Assembly: GCA_040285825.1 (NCBI GenBank)
Contig: JAUPSS010000007.1
Coordinates: forward strand, 2,950,689-3,014,688
DNA from: Eukaryota sp. TZLM1-RC
Taxonomy: Eukaryota; Protista; Metamonada: BaSk clade
DNA: 64,000 nt
Direction: 5' to 3'
Each line of letters opens with the position of its first letter. Position 1 is the stretch's first letter. The position numbers and the translations under genes were made by a program. The notes beneath the pieces were generated by a model. The model was not told the DNA's origin, made no database searches, and saw only the letters and a list, made by a program, of their open reading frames with translations. Shown piece by piece: positions 27,309 through 41,300 of the stretch.

Positions 27309-29713
27309 CACATACTGGGAAAATTATCCATTGATGCCATCAGAAGTTTTTTCGGTTATCAAAAAGAGACCTCGTGGTAAGTCTGCCGGACTTTCTGGTA
27401 TTACTATTGATCATGTAAAAGCCGCGATTATTTCTTCAGAAGATTGCCTTGGTTTATTGACCAAATTTTTCAACCAAATATTATCTGGTCAACGCAAGTA
27501 CCCAGAAGAATTAAGAAGTTCTCGTTTGACTGCACTTGTCAAAAATTCAAAAATGGATGTTCGTCCTATTGCAGTCTCTGAGAGCTTACATAATATTTTT
27601 TCTGCGTGTTGCTTAAGCAGGTTCAATGAAAAAGCTAAAAAGATTTTATTACCCTTTCAATATGGTATTAATACTACAGATGGAGTCTCTTCAGCGATTT
27701 TTGCTACTGATGTCTTATTTCGTCAAAATGAATCCAATGTTTGCATGTCATTGGATTTTAGTAATGCTTTCAATTCGCTAAGTCGTCGCAGTATCCATGG
27801 TGCTCTATTGCAATATATGCCAGAATTAATACCATATTTTCAATCAACATATTGCACATATTCTTATTTACATTTTGGTAACAACATTTTGATTTCATCA
27901 AGTGGCGTAAAGCAAGGAGATCCGTTAGGACCTCTTTTGTTTTGTTTGGCCATTCATCCTATTCTACTGCAAATTCAAGAGATGTTTCCTTCACTAAAAA
28001 TGATTGCATATATGGATGATGTTGTGCTTATTGGTGAATTAAATATTGTGAAAAAAGCAACTGTATGTTTTAAAGAATTATTTACCAAAATTGGTCTCCG
28101 ACTTAATTTACTTAAATGTGTTTTGTTATCGAATTCTCCAGTTTCCACAATAATTGATGATATTGAAATTCAAGCCAAATTTTATTCAATTGATGCTATT
28201 CGTCATTTGGGTTCGTTTTTAGGAAATAATGATGAAATTACCAAAAAATTGTTTGAAAAGTTGAACTCAATTTCTGACAAAATTGACCGAATGATGAATT
28301 TAGATATAAAAAAACACATCAAATTTACCATTATAAGACTGTGTTTTAGTTCCAATTTTAATCATATATTTCGATCTACAAATCCTCTCGTCACTAGACC
28401 TTTGGCTCAAAAGTTTAATGAGTTACGTGCAAAAGTTCTGTCTCAATTACTGGGATGTAAAATGTTTCAAATTCCAGATCATGCTTACCTTAGTCCACAA
28501 TATGGTGGTTTAGGGTGGACGAAGGCTTCTATTCTTACCTCGTGTGCTTTTTGTTGGTGGATGCAGAAATGCAATCTTTGAGTTCTCCGAAAGATTTGCA
28601 GATTGGGAAGATTTATTGATGACAACGCAAAGTTCCACTGTTTTTGCATTAAATGAAGAAATTTCAAGAATTGATGTAGAAAAATGGGGTCGATGTTTTC
28701 CCCAATCATTCAATGGCAATATTCCAGAAAAAATGTTTTAAATTTGAAGTACACTCTTCGAACATTACAGAAAAGATTGACTGGAATGTATGAAAAAGAT
28801 CTTTATAATAATATTTGCAGCTCGGCTGTTTTAAATCAAGATCTTCACTCATTGTTATTGGAAAAGGGTGTTTGTGAAAACAAGGTGTCAGATTCTTCAC
28901 TTTTTGTAACCATTGTACCACGAAGATTTGGATTGTGTGCTACTAATGAAGCATTTGTAACAAAAATGAGATTATATTTGAACATCCCCATTAACCAATT
29001 ATTATCAAAAGAAAAATGTATTTGTTCGAATTCACCTCAACTCACTTTGCGCCATGCTCTAAATTGCTCTAAATTGATAACTTATCGTTCTTCATTACAT
29101 GATGCTGTTAGAGACACTGTTTTCAATATGGCACAAACTGCAAGGATATCGTGTATCAAAGAGCCCCTGCTGAAAGAAACACTTTCTCTGAATAATTTTA
29201 GTTCTGATGATAGAGGTGATGTATACTGTGATTGGATTGATAATTCTGAAGCTATTGTTGACTTTGTCTCATGTAATGTTGCAAACGATACTTTGGTTCA
29301 CAGAAGAAAACTTAATCCTGTGGCTGCTCTGGATTTTAAAGCAAAAGAAAAACATAGAAAATATGATAAAGAAATTGAAGATGCAAATATCGATAGAAAT
29401 ACACAGCTGGTTTTTATTGCTTTTCCATTTTCGATAAATGGAAGATTATCAGTTGAAGCAGAAACTTTTTTTGGATGACTTCCAAAAAAATGGTGAAAGA
29501 AAAAAACAATGAAAAGATTTGATATTTTTTTATGGCGTTCACGGATTCAATTTGCCATTATTAATAGATTACCGCGGTTTTTCAATCGAATTAGAGAAGC
29601 TTTAGCTAGACAGCAAGCAAATCAAGATTTTGTAGAGGAAATCTTGGTTTAATGATAGTCGTCCCATTAGTTATGATTTAATTTAATCAAGTGTGCAAAT
29701 TCAATAAATTAAT
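27309..29713 (+). mobile_element. Family D 5'-truncated insertion in C(-)
   Basis: TSD AAACTTCTGTCTGG at 27295-27308 and 29714-29727; empty site at about 47867. Confidence 0.92.
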
Positions 29714-32700
29714 AAACTTCTGTCTGGAATTTCTTGAATGGATATGGGGAAACATGATTGCCATAAGTCCGGAGATAAACTGGAAATTTCTTCTCTTAAG
29801 TTATCGAGGAATAGGCTATTTGTAGTTTCAAGAAGATTTTCGGCAAAAGGATATCTTCTGGAGAATTCAAATACAAAATTTTTTCCACCACCAATAAATG
29901 CAGCTTTGGTCAAATATTTTGATGAATTGAATCCAACACCGCCAAGTTGAACATCAGAAAAAATATGATTTTTCAAAATTGATGGATCAACAGACATTAA
30001 ATAAGCCAAAAATTGGGTACGTATTTTGTTAAATTGTCTACAAAAATTGTAAGTTAGGGATGGAGGTAATGATCTCAGTAAATGTGTAATTTTTCCAGCA
30101 TAACAAATTTTCAAAAGAAAAAACTTAAGATGTTTTTCCAATTCAAGAGTCTTTATGACTTCTAGCTCTTTTTTAATTGAATTTAAATAATTTTCAAGGC
30201 TATCAAGTGTTTTTTCGGCGGAACCTAAATAGCAACCAAGAAAGCAGAAACTAGTTGAAGTATAATCAATATATGGAACTTCAAGGGAATTAATTATTAA
30301 CTTTACATTTTTCCTAGAAATACAAAAACATTTTTGAACATTCAACTCAAGACCTATGGATTGGTATAATGTAGCAGCTTCATTAGCAACCCTATTAATT
30401 GTACTTTCTGGACCAATACAAAAAATGTCATCCATGTAGGCTACCACTTGAAGGTCAGAATTTTCTTCTTTTAATTTTTTCAAAATTGGGTGAATTGCAA
30501 GACAAAAAAAGAAAGGACCTAAAGGGTCTCCTTGTTTAACTCCTGATAAAGAATCAAGATTAAAAGAATTAAAAATTAAATCAGATGAATTACCATAAAA
30601 CCTATAAAAAAAGGTTCCCTTTTGATGTTCATCTGATCAATGGTGAATCAAATTTTTATTTGAATCAACTTCAAATCGAATTAGATAATTTGCCTAGTGA
30701 TATCTGGATTCAGTGTTTTCCTCAAAATGTTCAAGAAATTCCCACCCGATCACTTCCAAATTTACGTTTTTGCTTGAAAAAGCTTCAGCACCATCTGGTT
30801 AAATTATATGAAGGCTTGGATTATGAAGTAAGACTTGGCTTGGCCAAAACTAAAAATCCCGCTTTCGGTAATTTTTTAAAGGATATTCGTGATAAGTCAG
30901 CTGCTGCTTTAGTAACTCAAGTTCCCTCTGTTTATGGACTTTTGTTAAAAAACAATGAATGGCTTCTAAACATGCGTTTTCGTTGTTTTCTGTGGCCAAA
31001 CAATTTGCCCAATCATTTAACTTGTAAATGTGGTAAACCTCTTTTGTTTACTCATCTTTTGAACTGTAAACAATTCATTACGTTTAGAAGCAAAGTGCAT
31101 AATAACGTCAGGGACCAAATTTATGTAATGTGCAAATCATATCGAGTAGATTCTTTTTAGAACCGCTGTTATCAAAATTAATTCTTGATGATCCCAATAT
31201 TGATAGTACGCGTTACAACAGAGCTTCTATGGGTCTGACTAGAGGTGATCTAGTTGTTCCTGGTTTAAATGGTAGTTTTACTATTTTGGACGCCATGTCT
31301 ATTGACCCTTGTAATTCCTCTAACGAACATCTCATTAACTCGGATGTAAATAATCCTCTTCTTGCAGGCGAAAAATATAAAATTGCTAAATATGCGAAAC
31401 CCATTTCCTCGGTTAATGAAAATTCTCATGCCTAATATAATTTATGTCCATTTGTTTTTTCTTTGCTTGGATCTCTAGGTAAGGCTGCTATGGCTTTCCT
31501 TGAGGATTTTGTTGTCTCTGAAAACATTGCGGCGGAATACAAAGAAATTGGATTAGCTTTGAACCCATCTAAATGTCTCTTGATTGGTAGAGAAAAACAA
31601 TCTTTGATGATTGGTGGAGCTCAGATTCTTTTTATCAATTATGACCAACAAGCTTTTAAGTTTCTTGGATGTTGGCTTGGCAATTTGGATGAAATTTATT
31701 CCCAGTTAAACAATTTATTGGAGAAGTTTGACAAGGATCTTAGTTTTATTGCTGAATGTGACATTGAGAAACACATCAAATTTTTTATTTTAAAAATTTG
31801 TTATTCTGGAAAATTCACTCATATTTTAAGGTCAACTCCCCCTTCGGTATCTCTCAATTTTTGCAGATCTTTTAACAAACTTCGAGTCAAATTTTTTTTA
31901 TTAGAAGTAAATGAATCTTTAATTCGAAGTCATGTATTTTGTTCAGCAGATTTGGGTGGAATTGGATTCACCAAATCTTCGATTCTGTGTAAAGCAGCAT
32001 TTTTGGGAGGTGGTAAAAATTTTGTTTTTGAATTTTTCCAAAGGTTCCCTTTTGATGTTCATCTGATCAATGGTGAATCAAATTTTTATTTGAATCAACT
32101 TCAAATCGAATTAGATAATTTGCCTAGTGATATCTGGATTCAGTGTTTTCCTCAAAATGTTCAAGAAATTCCCACCCGATCACTTCCAAATTTACGTTTT
32201 TGTTTGAAAAAGCTTCAGCACCATCTGGTTAAATTATATGAAGGCTTGGATTATGAAGTAAGACTTGGCTTGGCCAAAACTAAAAATCCCGCTTTCGGTA
32301 ATTTTTTAAAGGATATTCGTGATAGTTCAGCTGCTGCTTTAGTAACTCAAGTTCCCTCTGTTTATGGACTTTTGTTAAAAAGACAATGAATGGCTTCTAA
32401 ACATGCGTTTTCGTTGTTTTCTGTGGCCAAACAATTTGCCCAATCATTTAACTTGTAAATGTGGTAAACCTCTTTTGTTTACTCATCTTTTGAACTGTAA
32501 ACATTTCATTACGTTTAGAAGCAAAGTGCATAATAACGTCAGGGACCAAATTTATGTAATGTGCAAATCATATCGAGTAGATTCCTTTTTAGAACCGCTG
32601 TTATCAAAATTAATTCTCGATGATCCCAATATTGATAGTACGCGTTACAACAGAGCTTCTATGGGTCTGCCTAGAGGTGATCTAGTTGTTCCTGGTTTAA

Positions 32701-32810
32701 ATGGTAGTTTTACTATTTTGGACGCCATGTCTATTGACCCTTGTAATTCCTCTAACGAACATTACATTAACTCGGATGTAAATAATCCTCTTCTTACAGG
32801 CGAAAAATAT

Positions 32811-33535
32811 TTTTTTTTGAAAAGTAATATTTATTTTCAAAACCACAGTCTAAAAGTCAATATCTTCAAAACAAGCTTCCACACCATCAAACCTTACAGC
32901 AGCAATGTTTTCATAATGTGCACTGACAGACATTAAAGCTTTCGAAATCATTTTAGGAATTGATTTGAAAATAGTAAAAACAATACGATTTAGCCACAAG
33001 CGACGATCAAAACGCTTATTCATTCTTTTTTTACAAGATTTTCAAAATCATCAATAAAATTCAAAGCAGTTTTTCCAAGACGACCATACAACGATATAGC
33101 AAATGGGCAAATTTGGTAATCTACATGGCGAACATGTTTCAATTCTTTTAAAGGATTTGCATACTTTTTCCGTTTGTACAATTCGGAGTCATCAAGGGGG
33201 GATACTTTGGATTGAGCATTTTTCAAGGCATTTTTCTTGCATACATCCACTGTTACGACATCAACAACATTCATGACATCATCAAACGAGGGCACAACAA
33301 CATCAGCACGTCGTTTTCCATATTCTGAATCTCTTACGCTTTCATTTATATCAAGAGACCTCAACAAAGGTTCTACAAAAGATTCAATATGATAGGAATT
33401 ACACATTGCATGGATTTGATCTCTGACTGCATCATGCAACGTAGAACGATAGGAAATATATCTATTGCAATTAAATAAATGTGATAATGTCAAACCAGCT
33501 CCACATTTACAAAACAAATCATTGGGCAAATTACA
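32811..33535 (-). mobile_element. Family C 3' fragment in B
   Basis: TSD AGGCGAAAAATAT at 32798-32810 and 33536-33548; empty site at about 56020. Confidence 0.92.
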
Positions 33536-33710
33536 AGGCGAAAAATATAAAATTGCTAAATATGTTTTTTTTTAATTTAATTTTATTCTAAACCTATAAA
33601 TCAACATCTAAAAAATCCATCTCTCCCAAAACAAAAACACTAGATGCAACTCTCTCATAGTGAGATCCAAGAGAAAGCAAAGCATCAGAAACCATCTTCA
33701 ACATCCCCTT

Positions 33711-35120
33711 TGAAGAAGAATTGATGGTTCTTTCAGATTTAAATATTGAAAAACATCTTAAATTTTTCTTCCTCAGAATTTGTTATTCAGGGAAATTTAC
33801 TCATATTTTACGATCAACATCACCATCTATTTCTCTCGAATTTTGCAGAATTTTTAATGAATTAAGAACAAAATTTTTGGCTAATTTGCTCGATATTGAT
33901 TCTTCTTTTTTACGTAGTCATATTTTTTGTAGCACAGAATTGGGAGGCCTGGATTTTCACAAATCAAAATATTTGTGTAAAGCCGCATTCATCGGTGGAG
34001 GAAAAAATTTCGTTTTTGAATTTTTGAAACGTTTTCCTGAAAACCAGCATTTGATAGAATGTTGTGTTAGTGACTATTTAGTGTCCTTGCAGAGTGAAAT
34101 TGAATGCATCTCTCCTCACATATGGTCCAAATGCTTTCCTGCTGATATTCAAGAAATTCCACCCAGGAGTTTGATTTCCTTGAAATTTGCATATGCTAAA
34201 TTGCAGAAAAAGATATTAAAAGTTTTTGAAAACTTGGATTTCACTGTTCGTCTTAGCTTGGCTAAAGAAAAGAATCCCGTTTTTGCAAACTTTTTAATTG
34301 ACCTCAAGGATAGTAGCTCAAGTTGTCTTATTTCCCAGATTCCAAATGTATATGGTCTATTATTAAATGATCATCAATGGACAACTGCCTTCAGGATGAG
34401 GTGTTTCCTGTGGCCATGTAGTGTGCCAAATGATTTGATTTGTCGTTGTGGTCAGCTCATTAATCTGAATCATTTATTTAATTGCAAATTTAATATTACA
34501 TATCGCTCAGTTGTTCACGATGCTGTTAGAGACCAACTATACGCTATGTGCAAAAGCCATCACATTGAAGCTTTTGTTGAACCACTTGTGCGAAGGTTGT
34601 CATCTGAAAATGAAAATGAAAATACTTTTGGGAAACGCCGTGCTGATTTAATTACCCCTGCGTCTGATGGTGTTATTAAAGTTGTTGATGTTGTCACTGT
34701 TGATGTTTGTAAAGACTCAGCAATTGACTTTGCTAAAAGAGATGAAACTCCACTTTGCTTTGCTGAAAAGAGCAAAATCAAAAAGTACAATGAACCCTTA
34801 TCTCAGCTAGGACGTGTTGAGCATGTTAAGTATCAGTTGGTTCCATTTGCTGTTTCTCTTTTTGGTAACATTGGAATATCTGGCATTAAATTTCTTGAAG
34901 GTTTCAGAAGTTTAATAAAAGAAAGAGCAGGAAAAGAATTGAACTTCAATTTCTGGCACAATAGAATTGTTTTCAGTATTCTTAAAGCAATTCCAGAAAT
35001 GTTGACCAAAGCACTGTTACAATTAGGAATAGAGTATGAAAATCGCGCGCTTAAAAGATTCTAGTTTTTTGTTTAATGTTTTGTTAGCGTTGAAAATAAA
35101 TTTATCCTATTTTAAAAAAA
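33711..35120 (+). mobile_element. Family E 5'-truncated element
   Basis: ORF 33721-35064 CRCG...HLFNC, RADL, AEKSKIKKY; TSD AACATCCCCTT at 33700-33710 and 35121-35131. Confidence 0.92.
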
Positions 35121-35164
35121 AACATCCCCTTAAAAATAGAAAACACAATTCTATTTTGCCAAAA

Positions 35165-37576
35165 TTTTTACGGCACATACTGGGAAAATTATCCATTGAT
35201 GCCATCAGAAGTTTTTTCGGTTATCAAAAAGAGACCTCGTGGTAAGTCTGCCGGACTTTCTGGTATTACTATTGATCATGTAAAAGCCGCGATTATTTCT
35301 TCAGAAGATTGCCTTGGTTTATTGACCAAATTTTTCAACCAAATATTATCTGGTCTACGCAAGTACCCAGAAGAATTAAGAAGTTCTCGTTTGACTGCAC
35401 TTGTCAAAAATTCAAAAATGGATGTTCGTCCTATTGCAGTCTCTGAGAGCTTACATAATATTTTTTCTGCGTGTTGCTTAAGCAGGTTCAATGAAAAAGC
35501 TAAAAAGATTTTATTACCCTTTCAATATGGTATAAATACTACAGATGGAGTCTCTTCAGCGATTTTTGCTACTGATGTCTTATTTCGTCAAAATGAATCC
35601 AATGTTTGCATGTCATTGGATTTTAGTAATGCTTTCAATTCGCTAAGTCGTCGCAGTATCCATGGTGCTCTATTGCAATATATGCCAGAATTAATACCAT
35701 ATTTTCAATCAACATATTGCACATATTCTAATTTACATTTTGGTAACAACATTTTGATTTCATCAAGTGGCGTAAAGCAAGGAGATCCGTTAGGACCTCT
35801 TTTTGTTTTGTTTGGCCATTCATCCTATTCTACTGCAAATTCAAGAGATGTTTCCTTCACTAAAAATGATTGCATATATGGATGATGTTGTGCTTATTGG
35901 TGAATTAAATATTGTGAAAAAAGCAACTGTATGTTTTAAAGAATTATTTACCAAAATTGGTCTCCGACTTAATTTACTTAAATGTGTTTTGTTATCGAAT
36001 TCTCCAGTTTCCACAATAATTGATGATATTGAAATTCAAGCCAAATTATATTCAATTGATGCTATTCGTCATTTGGGTTCGTTTTTAGGAAATAATGATG
36101 AAATTACCAAAAAATTGTTTGAAAAGTTGAACTCAATTTCTGACAAAATTGACCGAATGATGAATTTAGATATAAAAAAACACATCAAATTTACCATTAT
36201 AAGACTGTGTTTTAGTTCCAATTTTAATCATATATTTCGATCTACAAATCCTCTCGTCACTAGACCTTTGGCTCAAAAGTTTAATGAGTTACGTGCAAAA
36301 GTTCTGTCTCAATTACTGGGATGTAAAATGTTTCAAATTCCAGATCATGCTTACCTTAGTCCACAATATGGTGGTTTAGGGTGGACGAAGGCTTCTATTC
36401 TTACCTCGTGTGCTTTTGTTGGTGGATGCAGAAATGCAATCTTTGAGTTCTCCGAAAGATTTGCAGATTGGGAAGATTTATTGATGACAACGCAAAGTTC
36501 CACTGTTTTTGCATTAAATGAAGAAATTTCAAGAATTGATGTAGAAAAATGGGGTCGATGTTTTCCCCAATCATTCAATGGCAATATTCCAGAAAAAAAT
36601 GTTTTAAATTTGAAGTACACTCTTCGAACATTACAGAAAAGATTGACTGGAATGTATGAAAAAGATCTTTATAATAATATTTGCAGCTCGGCTGTTTTAA
36701 ATCAAGATCTTCACTCATTGTTATTGGAAAAGGGTGTTTGTGAAAACAAGGTGTCAGATTCTTCACTTTTTGTAACCATTGTACCACGAAGATTTGGATT
36801 GTGTGCTACTAATGAAGCATTTGTAACAAAAATGAGATTATATTTGAACATCCCCATTAACCAATTATTATCAAAAGAAAAATGTATTTGTTCGAATTCA
36901 CCTCAACTCACTTTGCGCCATGCTCTAAATTGCTCTAAATTGATAACTTATCGTTCTTCATTACATGATGCTGTTAGAGACACTGTTTTCAATATGGCAC
37001 AAACTGCAAGGATATCGTGTATCAAAGAGCCCCTGCTGAAAGAAACACTTTCTCTGAATAATTTTAGTTCTGATGATAGAGGTGATGTATACTGTGATTG
37101 GATTGATAATTCTGAAGCTATTGTTGACTTTGTCTCATGTAATGTTGCAAACGATACTTTGGTTCACAGAAGAAAACTTAATCCTGTGGCTGCTCTGGAT
37201 TTTAAAGCAAAAGAAAAACATAGAAAATATGATAAAGAAATTGAAGATGCAAATATCGATAGAAATACACAGCTGGTTTTTATTGCTTTTCCATTTTCGA
37301 TAAATGGAAGATTATCAGTTGAAGCAGAAACTTTTTTTGGATGACTTCCAAAAAAATGGTGAAAGAAAAAACAATGAAAAGATTTGATATTTTTTTATGG
37401 CGTTCACGGATTCAATTTGCCATTATTAATAGATTACCGCGGTTTTTCAATCGAATTAGAGAAGCTTTAGCTAGACAGCAAGCAAATCAAGACTTTGTAG
37501 AGGAAATCTTGGTTTAATGATAGTCGTCCCATTAGTTATGATTTAATTTAATCAAGTGTGCAAATTCAATAAATTA
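35165..37576 (+). mobile_element. Family D 5'-truncated insertion in A(-)
   Basis: ORFs 35196-35885 and 35803-37344; TSD ATTTTGCCAAAA at 35153-35164 and 37577-37588; empty site at about 57673. Confidence 0.92.
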
Positions 37577-38326
37577 ATTTTGCCAAAACAATCTGTTGAA
37601 ATTTCTGCCAGTTCTTCTCTTTACAATCATTTCAAAATCATCCAAAAAACGTAAAGCAGTTGGTGCAAGTGAACCAAAAAGGGAAAATACAAATGGATAC
37701 AAATTGTATTTTGCATGCTGTAGACTGGCCAATTTGGACAAAGGTTCATTGTATTTTTTGAATTTAAAATTTTCAGCATTTGAAAGGGGATTATGAATTT
37801 CAGAATTAACAAGCCTTTCATTTGAGGCATTACAAGGATCAACAGACATTACATCCAATAAAATGAAGCTTCCATCTAATCCAGGTAATATGACATCACC
37901 TCTATTATTCTTATGAAAATCATTTTCAGCATCAAACAAATTTGACAACAGAGGTTCCAAGAAGGATTCAATTCTATGAGATTTACACATACAATATAAC
38001 TGGTCTCTTACAGCATCATGAACCTTGCTTCTAAAAGTAATAAAATGTTTACAATTTAACAAATGAGTAGTTGTTGTAATTTCTCGAGAACATTTACAAA
38101 TTAAATTATGAGGTAAATTATCAGGCCAGATAAAGGAACGAAATCTCATATTCAGAGTCCAAGCAGAATCTGATAAGAGAGTACCATAAACTTGTGGAAT
38201 TGTTGTTACTAAGGCAGAAGAAGTACTGTCACACATATCTTGTAAAAGATTTGCAAAAGCGGGATTCTTTTTCTTGGCCAAGCCAAGTCTAACATCAAAA
38301 TCCAAGCTTTCAAAAATCTTTGACAA

Positions 38327-41300
38327 GAATTCCAAAAAATGTGAAAATTATCAAAATCCATCTACTTCTTATTCTGTAACTGCCGCTGCTGCTGAATTAA
38401 ATAATTTAGAATTTAATTTACCTCCCAAACATGAGTGCACTGCAGAAGACAATGATGCAGTGATGTTAGACATTTGTAGTGAAGCAGGTCAAATTGATAA
38501 TTGTGCTATTTGTAAAGAAAAAGCTGAAAGATATATTTTAAAAAATAATTTATATGTATGCCATGTTTGCTCCTCACTTGATACACTACGGCCTCCATGT
38601 AAGATTCCGAATGTTCTTAGTCCCAAGGCTTCCATTCCCTTTTCTGTTGCGTTTAGAACATTCAGTCTTGCTTTGAAAAAAGGAGAATGGGATGTTTTTT
38701 CTATTTGGAAATTCTTCCTTGAACAAAAATCAGGTTCTCGTCCCCAAAAGGTTTTCACTCCAAAAAAACAACCCAAGAATAAGACTGTACGAAAACTTTT
38801 GCTACGTGGGAGATATGGTTCAGGGAAAAACGCTCTGTTTTCATCTGATCTTGCTCCTGTGACTGATGAAACTGTAAATCAATTAGTAGATCTGCATCCA
38901 GCTGAATTTCTTAATTTGGATAATCCATCTGCTTCACAATTTTGGAAACAAAATCCACTTTCTGAAAAAGAAGTTGAAACTGCCATTTTTCGTCTTCCAT
39001 CTGGAAAAGCTCCAGGTCCATCTGGAATAACTTTTGATATGCTGAAATCTGTGTGCCGCCAAAATTCCTTTATTATTAAAGATTTATGTTCCTTTTTTCA
39101 AGATGTTTTGACAATGAAAATTGTTCCACCCAAAGAATTAAGTGCATCACGGTTAGTGGCTTTAACTAAACCTAATGGAAAAGTTCGCCCAATTGCTATA
39201 GGTGAAGCCATTTATCGCCTGATGTCTTCAGTAATTTTTAACCGAGTTTCAACAAAAGCTAAAGAATACTTTTCTCCATTCCAATATGGAATCAAAACCA
39301 TAGATGGAGCTTCAGTTGCGGCTTTGACATCTGATCTTTTTTTCAATTGTCACGAAAATAGTTGCATTTTTAATCTTGATTTCAAAAATGCTTTCAAGAT
39401 CAAATTTCAAGTCAGAGATCAAATCCATGCAATGTGTAATTCCTATCATATTGAATCTTTTGTAGAACCTTTGTTGAGGTCTCTTGATATAAATGAAAGC
39501 GTAAGAGATTCAGAATATGGAAAACGACGTGCTGATGTTGTTGTGCCCTCGTTTGATGATGTCATGAATGTTGTTGATGTCGTAACAGTGGATGTATGCA
39601 AGAAAAATGCCTTGAAAAATGCTCAATCCGAAGTATCCCCCCTTGATGACTCCGAATTGTACAAACGGAAAAAGTATGCAAATCCTTTAAAAGAATTGAA
39701 ACATGTTCGCCATGTAGATTACCAAATTTGCCCATTTGCTATATCGTTGTATGGTCGTCTTGGAAAAACTGCTTTGAATTTTATTTATGATTTTGAAAAT
39801 CTTGTGAAAAAAAGAATGAATAAGCGTTTTGATCGTGGCTTGTGGCTAAAGCGTATTGTTTTTACTATTTTCAAATCAATTCCTAAAATGATTTCGAAAG
39901 CTTTAATGTCTGTCAGTGCACATTATGAAAACATTGCTGCTGTAAGGTTTGATGGTGTGGAAGCTTGTTTTGAAGATATTGACTTTTAGACTGTGGTTTT
40001 GAAAATAAATTAAAATGAAATTAAAAAAAAAATGCTTTCAATTCAGTGAAAAGAGATTCAATTTGGAAAGAAATCAAATCAAATTTTCCTGAACTCGAAA
40101 CCTTTTTTTATAGGTTTTATGGTAATTCATCTGATTTAATTTTTAATTCTTATAATCTTGATTCTTTATCAGGAGTTAAACAAGGAGACCCTTTAGGTCC
40201 TTTTCTTTTTTTGTCTTGCAATTCACCCAATTTTGAAAAAAATTAAAAGAAGAAAATTCTGACCTTCAAGTGGTAGCCTACATGGATGACATTTCTTGTA
40301 TTGGTCCAGAAAGTACAATTAATAGGGTTGCTAATGAAGCTGCTACATTATACCAATCCATAGGTCTTGAGTTGAATGTTCAAAAATGTTTTTGTATTTC
40401 TAGGAAAAATGTAAAGTTAATAATTAATTCCCTTGAAGTTCCATATATTGATTATACTTCAACTAGTTTCTGCTTTCTTGGTTGCTATTTAGGTTCCGCC
40501 GAAAAAACACTTGATAGCCTTGAAAATTATTTAAATTCAATTAAAAAGAGCTAGAAGTCATAAAGACTCTTGAATTGGAAAAACATCTTAAGTTTTTTTC
40601 TTTTGAAAATTTGTTATGCTGGAAAAATTACACATTTACTGAGATCATTACCTCCATCCCTAACTTACAATTTTTGTAGACAATTTAACAAAATACGTAC
40701 CCAATTTTTGGCTTATTTAATTTCTGTTGATCCATCAATTTTGAAAAATCATATTTTTTCTGATGTTCAACTTGGCGGTGTTGGATTCAATTCATCAAAA
40801 TATTTGACCAAAGCTGCATTTATTGGTGGTGGAAAAAATTTTGTATTTGAATTCTCCAGAAGATATCCTTTTGCCGAAAATCTTCTTGAAACTACAAATA
40901 GCCTATTCCTCGATAACTTAAGAGAAGAAATTTCCAGTTTATCTCCGGACTTATGGCAATCATGTTTCCCCATATCCATTCAAGAAATTCCAGACAGAAG
41001 TTTGTATTCATTAAAATTTGCGTTGAAAAAGCTCCAACGACATCTTTTGAAAAAATTTGAAAGAAAGGATTTTATTGTTCGACTTAGCACGGCTAAGAAA
41101 GAAAATCCTGCTTTTGCCAATTTTTTGATTGATTTGAAGGACAGTTCATCTGCAGTTTTGATAAATCAAATTCCCCAGATTTATGGTCTATTTTTGAATG
41201 ACGACCAATGGACCACTGCTATGAGAATGCGTTGTTATTTATGGCCTTGTAATTTGCCCAATGATTTGTTTTGCAAATGTGGAGCTGGTTTGACATTATC

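Larger units (their letters stand above)
21018..30609 (-). mobile_element. Family C(-) insertion in B, itself carrying three further insertions
   Basis: TSD AAAGGTTCCCTTTT at 21004-21017 and 30610-30623; C pieces 21018-21060, 22176-23089, 27240-27308 and 29714-30616 are colinear. Confidence 0.88.
20478..33564 (+). mobile_element. Family B internal segments in tandem (20478-21017 + 30610-31515; 31515-32810 + 33536-33564) hosting large nests
   Basis: Recurrent junction EDFVV|SENIAA; TSDs delimit the inserted blocks. Confidence 0.8.

Noticed and set aside
38274-39989. Novel 571-aa protein
   Set aside because: Chance in-frame fusion of A antisense, the C N-terminal half and a nested C fragment
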